64,000 bases of DNA from Macrostomum lignano (taxonomy: Eukaryota), in assembly GCA_002269645.1 (NCBI GenBank), contig NIVC01002069.1, positions 143,255 to 207,254 of the forward strand. Reading direction: 5' to 3'. Positions 48,066-59,800 of this stretch are shown one piece after another (within the stretch, counting starts at the first letter, position 1; every line of letters starts with the position of its first letter). The notes under the pieces were generated by a model that ran no database searches, was not told where the DNA came from, and was given only the letters and a program-made list of their open reading frames with translations. Both the position numbers and the translations under genes were made by a program.

Positions 48066-51000
48066 TCTCTCTATCTATCTATCTATCTTAATACTAAAAC
48101 TGGTGCGTTGTTTGTCTGTATGTATGTCAGTTCGATAACTCCTCCTAGAATACTTGCAACTCAGCGTTGAAACTTATATGGGAAAACTGCAAATTTTCCG
48201 AGGATGGCTTTAGGCTATTTTAATCTTTCATTTTTAAATTTTAAGATCCCTAAAAAAGCAGAAAGCAGCAATTCTGACCTTTGATAATCTTATTTGTCCC
48301 CTCTTTCTGCTCGGAGCTGAAAATTGGCATAAATTTTGAGTGATTACGCCACAACTTTTTCCTATGTCGCCAGTGCGTTTTCTCTCCTGTGGGGGAATGG
48401 GCGCGTTCTCATTGGCGGCGTGTGTACAATCGGACCCTGGCTCACTGGCTGACTTTATAGACAATTGCGCAACTATTTGTGTTCTGTTTTTTAACAGGAA
48501 TCCCTGTGTAATTTTTGCACAGTGAAATTCAGTGCATTTTAATGCATAAACTTGCGAGCATCTTTAGCAGGCAGTGAACGTACACTCGATATTTCAATGC
48601 TTAAAATCAGAAAGTTTCAAACACTAACTGTTGCTCGAGTTTTGAACTTAGAGAGGAGAGACTTATATTGCTGGAAAGATCTTGCTGCAATGAGTTCGGG
48701 GATATAAGTTTTTTGCTTTAAATATGAAAATTAAATTCACAGCATTCAAGAAAAGATTTTCATACTTTTAGCTTTCTGCAAAGATTGTGCTCATTTTGGA
48801 GTTCAATGGGGGTTCGACCGACCCCCCAATAGTTGGTGGGGGGGGGTTCAATTTCTAGCTGCACTGCGTATTGGAAGGGGGGTCGGTTGCTGTGTATTTG
48901 AGGGTTGATTTAGATTGCGCAATCTTTTTGTTAACTTTAACTGAGGCTGATACTGACTGCCTGAGAAATAAGTTGCGCAATTTAATTGGTTCAATGTTTT
49001 TACGGCGCCTTTCAACACGCAGCTGTCAACCCTAACCCTAACCCTAACCAATGAATTCTGAGAGCTGGGCTGTTTGACGGAGAAATTTCGATTTAGTCCA
49101 GTTTCACGGAGAGGATTTCTATTTCGCGGAGAATATTTCGATGGTGTTCAGTTTCACGGAGAGGATTTCGATAGTGTTCAGTTTCACGGAGACGATTTCT
49201 GTTGCGCGGAGAGGTGTTAAAAAATGGGATTCCGCTGATGGAGTTCAGGGAATGGAATTCCGCTGATTGGAGTTCTTCCCCTTTCTTCTCCGAAGGAGGA
49301 GTTGGCCTCGTCTTAATACTAAAACTGGTGCGTTGTTTGTCTGTGTGTGTGTGTGTTTGTTGGATAACTCCTCCTAGAATACTTGCAAGTCAGCGTTGAA
49401 ACTTATGTGGGAAAACTGCAAATTTTCCGAGGATGGCTTTCTTAATACTAAAACTGGTGCGTTGTTTGTCTGTGTGTGTGTGTGTTTGTTGGATAACTCC
49501 TCCTAGAATACTTGCAAGTCAGCGTTGAAACTTATGTGGGAAAACTGCAAATTTTCCGAGGATGGCTTTAGGCTGTTTTAATCTTTTATTTTTACATTTT
49601 AAGATCCCTAAAAAAGCAGAAAACGGCAATTCTGACCTTTGATAATCTTAATTGTACCCTCTTTCTGCTCGGAGCTGAAAATTTGCATGAATTTTGAGTG
49701 ATTACGCAACAACTTTTTCCTATCTCGGCAGTGTATTTTCTCTCCAGTGGGGGGATGGGGGCGTTCTCAGTGGCGGCGTGTGTACACTTGGACCCTGGCT
49801 CACTGGCTGACTGTATAGATAATTGCGCAATGATTTGGCTACTGATAAGTTTTCTTGCCTCTCAATGGGCAGCCCTGTGTATTTGTTGGACATTGAAATT
49901 CAATGCATCAGCTAGCAAGCAGGTAGTTAACGTACACTCGATACTTCAATGCTATAAATCAGACAGTTTCAAACGCTAACTGCTCTTCGAGTTCTAAATG
50001 TTAAGAGAAGAGACTTATACTGCTGAATAGATCTTGCAACACTGAGTTCGAGGATATAAATTGTTTGCTTTAAATAGAAAAACTAAAAGCACAGCATCAA
50101 AAAAACTATTTCCAGACTTTTAGCTTTCTGCAAAGATTGTACTCATTTTGGGGTTCAATGGGCGTTCGACCGACCCCCCAACAGTTGGGGGTTCAATTTC
50201 TAACTGCCACTGCGTAGTGGAAGGGGGTCGGGCGCTGTGTACTGGAGGGTTGATTTAGATTGCGCAAACTTTTTGTTAACTTGAACTGAGACTGATACTG
50301 ACTGACTGTGAAATCGGTTGCGCCATCAATTTGTTTTATTATCTGTGCCTTTCAATAGGCTGCCCTGTGAAGTTTTGGACATTGAAATTCAATGCATAAA
50401 CTTGCGAGCCTCTTTAGCAGGCAGTGAACGTACACTCGATATTTCAATGCTTTAAATCAGAAAGTTTCAAACGCAAACTGTTGCTCGAGTTTCTAACTTT
50501 GATAGGAGAAACTTATATTGCTGGAAAGATCTTGCAACGCTGAGTTCGGGGATATAATTTGTTATCTTTAAATATGAAAAGAAAAAGCACAGCATTTAAA
50601 AAAACTATTTCCATGCTTTTAATTTTCTGCAAAAATTGTTCTCAGTTTTGCGAGACGTAATAGATAAAGTTGGGGGGGAGGGTTCAACTTCTCACTGCTG
50701 CTGTGTATTGGAGGGTTGATTTAGATTGCGCAATGTTTTTGTTAACTTTAACTGAGACTGATACTGACTGACTGAGAAATCGGTTGCGCAATGAATTGAT
50801 TCAATTAGTTCAATATTTTTATCAGTGCCTTTTAACACGAAGCTGTGCGTAGTTCTAACCCTAACCCTAACCCTAACCCTAACCAATGAATCTGGAGAGT
50901 TGAGTTGTTTGACGGAAAAAATCGATTGAGTCCAGTTTAGCGGAGACGATTTCAATGTTTTAATTTTGACGGAGAGGATTTCTGTTTGGTGGAGAGGATT

Positions 51001-54000
51001 TCTATTTCTCGGAGGGGATTTTGATGAATGTCAGTTTCACGGAGAGGTGTTTGATGGAGTTCTCTTTTACGGAGAAGATTTCGATGATGTTCAGTTTCGC
51101 GGAGAGGAGTTGGATGATGGGATTCAGGGAATGGCATTTCAGGGAATGGAGTACCGGTGATGGGAATTCTTCCCCTTTCTCCTCCAGAGGAGGAGTTGGC
51201 CTCGTCTCTTAATACTAAAAGTGGTGCGTTGTTTGTCTGTATGTATGTCAGTTCGATAACTCCTCCTAGAATACTTGCAACTCAGCGTTGAAACTTATGT
51301 GGGAAAACTGCAAATTTTCCGAGGATGGCTTTAGGCTATTTTAATCTTTTATTTTTACATTTTAAGATCCCTAAAAAAGCAGAAAACGGCAATTCTGACC
51401 TTTGATAATCTTAATTGTCCTCTCTTTCCGCTCGGAGCTGAAAATTTGCATGAATTTTGAGTGATTACGCAACAACTTTTTCCTATCTCGGCAGTGTATT
51501 TTCTCTCCAGTGGGGGATGGGGGCGTTCTCAGTGGCGGCGTGTGTACACTTGGACCCTGGCTCACTGGCTGACTGTATAGATAATTGCGCAATGATTTGG
51601 CTACTGATAAGTTTTCTTGCCTCTCAATGGGCAGCCCTGTGTATTTGTTGGACATTGAAATTCAATGCATCAGCTAGCAAGCAGGTAGTTAACGTACACT
51701 CGATACTTCAATGCTATAAATCAGACATAATGTTCTAAATGTTCTAAATGTTAAGAGAAGAGACTTATACTGCTGAATAGATCTTGCAACACTGAGTTCG
51801 AGGATATAAATTGTTTGCTTTAAATAGAAAAACTAAAAGCACAGCATCAAAAAAACTATTTCCAGACTTTTAGCTTTCTGCAAAGATTGTACTCATTTTG
51901 GGGTTCAATGGGCGTTCGACCGACCCCCCAACAGTTGGGGGTTCAATTTCTAACTGCCACTGCGTAGTGGAAGGGGGTCGGGCGCTGTGTACTGGAGGGT
52001 TGATTTAGATTGCGCAAACTTTTTGTTAACTTGAACTGAGACTGATACTGACTGACTGTGAAATCGGTTGCGCCATCAATTTGTTTTATTATCTGTGCCT
52101 TTCAATAGGCTGCCCTGTGAAGTTTTGGACATTGAAATTCAATGCATAAACTTGCGAGCCTCTTTAGCAGGCAGTGAACGTACACTCGATATTTCAATGC
52201 TTTAAATCAGAAAGTTTCAAACGCAAACTGTTGCTCGAGTTTCTAACTTTGATAGGAGAAACTTATATTGCTGGAAAGATCTTGCAACGCTGAGTTCGGG
52301 GATATAATTTGTTATCTTTAAATATGAAAAGAAAAATCACAGCATTTAAAAAAACTATTTCCATGCTTTTAATTTTCTGCAAAAATTGTTCTCAGTTTTG
52401 CGAGACGTAATAGATAAAGTTGGGGGGGAGGGTTCAACTTCTCACTGCTGCTGTGTATTGGAGGGTTGATTTAGATTGCGCAATGTTTTTGTTAACTTTA
52501 ACTGAGACTGATACTGACTGACTGAGAAATCGGTTGCGCAATGAATTGATTCAATTAGTTCAATATTTTTATCAGTGCCTTTTAACACGAAGCTGTGCGT
52601 AGTTCTAACCCTAACCCTAACCCTAACCCTAACCAATGAATCTGGAGAGTTGAGTTGTTTGACGGAAAAAATCGATTGAGTCCAGTTTAGCGGAGACGAT
52701 TTCAATGTTTTAATTTTGACGGAGAGGATTTCTGTTTGGTGGAGAGGATTTCTATTTCTCGGAGGGGATTTTGATGAATGTCAGTTTCACGGAGAGGTGT
52801 TTGATGGAGTTCTCTTTTACGGAGAAGATTTCGATGATGTTCAGTTTCGCGGAGAGGAGTTGGATGATGGGATTCAGGGAATGGCATTTCAGGGAATGGA
52901 GTACCGGTGATGGGAATTCTTCCCCTTTCTCCTCCAGAGGAGGAGTTGGCCTCGTATATACTAAAGTTGACGCGTTGTTTGTCTGTCTGTCTGTGTGTCT
53001 GTCTGTCATTTCGACAACTCCTCCTTGAATAGTGGCAACTCAGCGTTGAAACTTATATGGGAAGATTGGAAATTATCCGAGGTCGGCTATAGGCTATTTT
53101 AATTCTGAAATTTTAATTTCTAAGATCCTCAAAAAAGCAGAAAACTTGAATATTGACCTTTGATAATCTTAATTGTCCCCTCTTTCTGCTTGGAGCTGAA
53201 AATTTGCATGAATTTCAAGTGATTGCGCCACAACTTTTCCCTATCTCTGCAGTGTATTTTCTCTCCAGTGGGGGGATGGGGCGTTCTAAATGGCTGCCTG
53301 TGTACAATCGGACCCTGGCTCACTGGCTGACTGTATAGACAATTGCGCAAAGATTTGTGTTCTAATTTTCAATAGGCAGCCCTGTGATTTTGTTGAACCT
53401 TGAAATTCAATGCATAAACTTGCGGGCCTCTTTAGCAGGCAGTGAACGTACAATCGATATTTCAATGCTTTAAATCAGAAAGTTTCAAACGCAAACTGTT
53501 GCTCGAGTTTTAAACTTTGAGAGGAGAGACTTATATTGCTGGAAAGATCTTGCAACGCTGAGTTCGGGGATGTAAGTTGTTTGCTTTAAATATGAAAAGA
53601 AAAAGCACAGCATTTAAAAAACTATTTCCATACTTTTAACTTTCTGCAAAAATCGTACTCAGTTTTGCGAGACGTAATAGATAAAGTTGGGGGAGGGTTC
53701 AACTTCTCACTGCTGCTGTGTATTGGAGTGTTGATTTAGATTGCGCAATGTTTTTGTTAACTTTAACTGCGACTGATACTGACTGACTGTGAAATCGGTT
53801 GCGCAATGAATTGATTCAATTAGTTCAATATTTTTATCAGTGCCTTTTAACACGAAGCTGTGCGTTCTAACCCTAACCCTAACCCTAACCAATGAATCCG
53901 GAGAGTTGAGTTGTTTGACGGCAAAAAATTCGATTGAGTCCAGTTTAGTGGAGACGATTTCAATGTTTTAATTTTGACGGAGAGGATTTCTGTTTCGTGG

Positions 54001-55469
54001 AGAGGATTTCGATGGTGTTCAGTTTCACGGAGAGGATTTCGATGATGTTCAGCTTCACGGAGAGGATTTCTGTTTCGCGGAGATAATTTATGATTGATTT
54101 CTGTTTTATGGAGACTATTTTGATGGATTTAAGTTTCAAGGAGAGGATTTCGAAGGAGTCCAGTTTCACGGAGAGGATTTCGATGGTTTTCAGTTGCACG
54201 GACAGGATTTCTGCTTCGCGGAGAGGATCTTGATGGATTTGGCATCTTCAATCAGTCAGAGAAGAGAGTAAGAGAAGAATGAAAAGAGAAGAGAGATGAG
54301 ATGATAGTAAACAGAGTAGAAATGAGTGGAGAGATTAGACATGACAGATGGGAGAGAAGAGGGTAGTAAGGCGGGAACGAAGGAAGAAAGAAGAGAAGAG
54401 GAGAGAGGAGATGAAGGGAGAGGATATGAGAGAGGAGATATGAGATAGCAGAGAGGAGACAGGACAGAGAAGAAAAGAGGGATAAGAGCGCACAGAGGCA
54501 ATAGAAGAGAGGAAAGAGAGGAGAGAGGTGAGAGGTGAGAGGAGAGAGATGAAAGATCAGAGATCAGAGATTTAAGAGAAGAAAGTAGTGAGGAGAAAGA
54601 AGAGGGTAAAGATGAGAGTGCAGAGAGGAGAGAAACGAGAGGAGACAGGTGGTAGAAAGGAGTGTAAAAAACAGGAGATAAGAAAGGAGAGGGTGAGAGT
54701 GAGAGCATATAGGAAAGTGTAAAAGGGGAGCAGAGGAGAGAGAATAGATAAGTGAGTAGAGAAGAGATATGAGAGAGGAGAGATTAGAGATTAGAGAAGA
54801 GATGAGGGGAGATAAGAGGAGAGAAGAGAGAATGGAGAGGAGAGAAAAGAGAGGCGAGGAGACAGGTGATGCAGTAGAAAGGAGGGAAGAAAGATGGGAG
54901 ATAAGAAAGGAGAGGGTGAGAGCGTATAAGAGATACGAGAAATGAGAGCAGAGAGAAGAGAGAAAAGGGAAGAGAGAAAGTAGAGCGGAGACGATAGATA
55001 AGTGAGTAGAGATGAGATATGAGAGAGGAGAGAAAAGGGGAGAGATAAGAGAGAAGATAGGAGAGTAGACAGGAGAGGATACAGACGAAAGACGAGGGAG
55101 AAGAGATAAATAAGGGAGTAGAGATGAGAAAAGAGAGAGAAGAGATAAGCGAGAAGAGTAGGAATAGAGGAGAGAGAGAAGCGAGAGAAGGGAGAGAGGA
55201 GGGAGAGGAGGAGATGAAAGATCAGAGATGAGAGAGATGAAAGTGTAAAGAGGAGTAATTAGTGAGGAGAAAGAAGAGAGTAAAAATAAAAATCAGAGCG
55301 CAGGGCGCAAGAGATGAGAGATGGGAGTTGATAGATTGTAGAGGATTTGGAAATGATTTGGAAGATGGGATTCAATTCATGGAATTTCAGCTGATAGGAG
55401 TTCTTCCCCTTCAGAATTCCGGTGATGGGAGTTCTTCCCCTTTCTCCTCCGAAGGAGGAGTTCCACTCG
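48066..55469 (+). mobile_element. Head-to-tail array of four non-autonomous Helitron-like units
   Basis: Units 48066-49310, 49311-51204, 51205-52954 and 52955-55469 start T(C)...TAATACTAAA(A/G)...TTGTTTGTC...TAGGCTATTTT and end in a ctcctcc-NNN-ggaggag hairpin + 5 nt + CTCG. Units 2 and 3 are near-identical at a 1750-bp offset. Confidence 0.8.
54255..55330. repeat. AG-rich low-complexity polypurine tract
   Basis: About 1.1 kb almost entirely A/G on the plus strand. Confidence 0.9.
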
Positions 55470-56845
55470 TCTTAATACTAAAAGTGGTGCGTTGTTTGTC
55501 TGTATGTATGTCAGTTCGATAACTCCTCCTAGAATACTTGCAACTCAGCGTTGAAACTTATATGGGAAAACTGCAAATTTTCCGAGGATGGCTTTAGGCT
55601 ATTTTAATCTTTCATTTTTTAATTTTAAGATCCCTAAAAAAGCAGAAAGCAGCAATTCTGACCTTTGATAATCTTATTTGTCCCCTCTTTCTGCTCGAAG
55701 CTGAAAAAATGTATCAATTTTGAGTGATTGCGCCACAACTTTCTCCTATCTCGGCAGTGCATTTTCTCTCCAGTGGGGGATGGTCGCGTTCTCAGTGGCT
55801 GCGTGTGTACAATCGGACCCTGGCTGAAAAAATAAATTTCACTTAACTGCACATCGGCCAAATTGAACTGTGCGTATTTTGTGGGTTGGTGGGTGGGTAG
55901 GAAGCGCAATTATATGGCTACTGGGTCGAAATTCAATTGGTTTTATATTCAGAAAGACAAGCCTTTCAACTGACTGCCCCTGTGTATTTGTTGCACAGTG
56001 AAATTCAATGCATATAACTGATACTGACTAACTGAGAAATGGATTGCGCCATCAATTTGCCTTTCAAAAGGCTGCCCTGTGTAATAGCTGGGCAGTGAAA
56101 TTCAATAAAAACTTGCGAGCCTCTTTAGCAGGCAGTGAATGTACACTCGATATTTCAATGCTTTAAATTACACAGTTTCAAACGCTAACTGCTCACAGCG
56201 ACTTGCTCAACTGCTCAACTGCTCTTCGAGTTTTAAACTTTAAGAGGAGAGATTTATATTGCTGGAAAGAACTTGCAACGCTGAGTTCAGGGATATAAGT
56301 TGTTTGCTTTAAATATGAAAACTAAAAGCACAGCATTCAAAAAACAATTTCCATACTTTTAACTTTCTTCAGAGTGCACTCATTATGGGGGTTCAATGGG
56401 GGTTTGATCGACCCCCCAACAGTGTGGGGGAGGGCGGTTCAACTTTTAATTGCCACTGCGTATTGGAAGGGGGTCAGTCGCTGTGTATTGGATGGTTGAT
56501 TTAGATTGCGCGATCATTTTAATTGATACTCTTACTGACTGACTAAGAAATCGATTGCGCTATTCAATATTGGGGGAGGCAGGGTTGGGGGCTTAAGTTA
56601 TTTTTTATTGACAAAAGATAATGTACATTGGGCTTCTACTTACACTGGGCCCTTACTTAACGTTGTGATTTTTCAATTCAGTTTCATTTATTTCGATATC
56701 ATAATAGAATTCTCACCAATCGTCCGATCTTCCTATTTCTATACTTTTGCTTATTTCTGCCCTTTGCTTCTTGCTTTTTGCCTGTGTGCTATTCGCCATT
56801 TGCTTATATTTATTTATTTTTATATTATAACTTAAACTTATTATA

Positions 56846-59800
56846 ATGCCAAAACGTGGTCGTGGAAGCCTTTCCCGCTCTACACGCGCTGCATCGAATG
56901 CCAAGAGGCGCAGGGCGTCCGAGACACCTGATGAGCGGGCAGCGCGCGTTGAGCGGGAGCGGCAGCATAAGGCCGAGAGCCGCGAGGGTGAGGGCGATGT
57001 GGAGCGCCAGCATCGCCTTGAGTCAAACCGACTGCGTGCAGCCGGATGCCGCGAGGTTGAAGACGAAGTTGAGCGCCAGCATCGCCTTGAGTCAAATCGA
57101 CTGCGTGCAGCCGAAAGCCGTGATGATGAAGACGAGGCGGAGCGCCAGCGTCGACTCGACCACGACCGGCTGCGTTCTGCCGAAGGTCGGCAAGCGAAGA
57201 CGAGGCCGTCCATCAGCATCGTCTGGAGGCGCAGCGGCAGCGCCAGAGCAAGAATCGTGCGGTTGAGTCCGCGGTAGACCACGACCGCCGACTACATGCA
57301 CAGGCAGAGAGGCGCCGAGACAGGTAGGGTTGTTATATATTTTATTCTGCTATCCTTATGCTCAGCTGCTCATTCTTTAGGATTATTATACTAACTGCAT
57401 GTACGTCTGCTCTTTATTTCATTGCCACAGACTGTTGGAGCTGGCACACCAGCCACATGTGCTCGGTCGCATGGACCGCCAATGCCTTCACTGCAGCGCG
57501 CTACGCTGGAAGGACGAGCCAGCTAGCATTTGCTGCCATGCAGGAAAGGTGAGTTAAAATTTTCAACATTAGTTTATTTAAATTGCTGCCTCATTGATGC
57601 TTTTTTATACCGATCATTACTTTATAAAATCAATATTGTACAAAGCCTCTGACCATCAATAGATTCAAAGACAATTGCGTGATTTGCTGCAGCCCGTTTC
57701 AACATAAAGCTACTTGAGTCTTTTTTCATTTCCCTGACAGACCGTCCTGGAGCAGCGCCGAGACCCGCCTGATGTTCTGAAGCGACTGCTGACTGGCGAG
57801 CATCCGTTCAGCCCGCAGTTCCTGAAGGACATCAGGAAGTACAACGGCGCGCTCCACATGACCTCGCTTGGTTCCAGGCAGCGTGAGCAGCCCGGGTGGA
57901 ACCCGAGCTTCATCCTCCATGGTCAGATGCACCATCGCATTGGCAGCCTGTTGCCAGACCCGGGGGATGCGGCCAGGTTCTGCCAGGTCTTCTTTGTGGA
58001 CCAAGAGCTGCAGAACAGACTGCAATGGACGGCTGGTCTCAACGACACTTTGCTGCGGGAGCTGCAAGCTGTTCTGCATGACTGCAACAGCTACGTGCGC
58101 AGCCTCAAGTCCGCAGTCGACTTGCTGCGCAGCGACCCGCAATTGCAGAGCGCCAGGGTCGTCATCAACCCCGATGCCCGCCCATCTGGGGAGCATGTCC
58201 GACGCTTCAACTTGCCCGAGTGCAGTGAGGTCGGCATCCTGACGGACCTTGGCGATGCTGATGGCGTAGTTCAAGCGCAATGGCGGAGCGTGGTTTTGCG
58301 TCTGAGAGGTGGTGGTAAGTACTTTAAGCGCCTTAAAAGACTTAAAATTTGGGTTGCATTGCAAAGTCAGATAATAGACACATTCTCGGCTATTCAAGTG
58401 TACATTTTTCTTGCATTTGAACTGCATTCACAGGCCTCCAGGAGATCTCTGAGACCCATCGCTCCTACGATCCGTTGGAGTACGTGCTGCTGCTTCCGTA
58501 CGGCGAGGACGCTGGCACATTGGGCTCAAGAAGGATCGAGGCATCACCATGATGAAGTACTACGCCTACTTGATCCAGGTGCGACCAGGCCAGTTCAACA
58601 GCCTGCTGTACGGTCGCCGGCTCTTCCAGCAGTACCTGGTGGACCAGGCTGCCAAGATCGAGTCGGAGCGACTTACGTACATCCGGCAGCACCAAACGGA
58701 TCTGGTGTCTGAAAGTCTTCGGGGTCTCCGAGACGCGCTGCACGAGGACGACGGCAGGCCGGAGGAAGTCGGGAAGCGTGTCATTCTTACTTCCAGCTAC
58801 GTGGGAGGTCCACGGTACCGTCTGGAGCGTCAGCAGGATGCCATGGCGTATGTTCACGCCTTTGGCCGCCCAGACCTGTTTCTGACGATGACATGCAACC
58901 CGAAGTGGCCGGAAATTCTGGCCGAGCTGCTTCCGGGCCAGACTGCCGTCGATCGGCCGGACATCACCGCCCGGGTGTTCGAGCTGAAGAAGAAGGCCTT
59001 CTTAAACAGGCTGAAGAGTCTGTTTGGAGATACTCTGGCTCGAGTCTGCTCGCTGGAGTACCAGAAGCGAGGCAAGTGTACTTTTTAGCTTTAAACTGTA
59101 GCATTAACTGTTGGCTCCATAACTTCGTAAATTTCAATAAAATTATTGATTATCAATTATCAATAAATTTTATCCACAACCAGGTCTTCCCCACGTGCAC
59201 GCGCTGCTGTGGCTGGCGAACAAGCTGAAGCCGGATCAGTACGACGCCGTCATCAGCGCGGAGATCCCGGACCCTGTCGCCGACGCCGACCTGCATCAGC
59301 TGGTGGCGGAGAACATGCTGCACGGTCCCTGTGGACAGCAGCTCAATTCTGCCGCGGCGTGCATGGAGAAAGGCAGGTGCAGCAAGCGCTACCCGAGGGA
59401 GTTCCTGGCCGCCACGAAGGTCGAGGAGGATGGCTACCCGCATTACTGCCGCAGATCCGTCGAGATGGGCGGCTTCACGTGACGAAGCTCGCAAAGCTGC
59501 GCGGCGGTCAGAGGGTGATGTTCACCTTTGACAACCGCTGGGTGGTGCCGTACTGCCCAGCGCTGCTGCGCGAGTTTCGCTGTCACCTGAATGTCGAGAT
59601 CTGCGCGACAGTTCGGGCCATCAAGTACGTGGTGAAGTACATCACCAAGGGTAGCGACATGGCAGCATACCAGATCCGCAAGGAGTCGGCGGCTGCTGCG
59701 AATGCCAGCGCTGATTCGGCCACTGAAGGACCACTGGCGATCGCCGGTCCGTCCACGTCGACTGGGACTGCTGCTGCTGCTGCTGCGACTTCCGCAAAGC

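Noticed and set aside
49698-53892. Repeated 61-94-aa ORFs as a gene cluster
   Set aside because: They recur only because the non-coding Helitron units are duplicated; no protein-like features.
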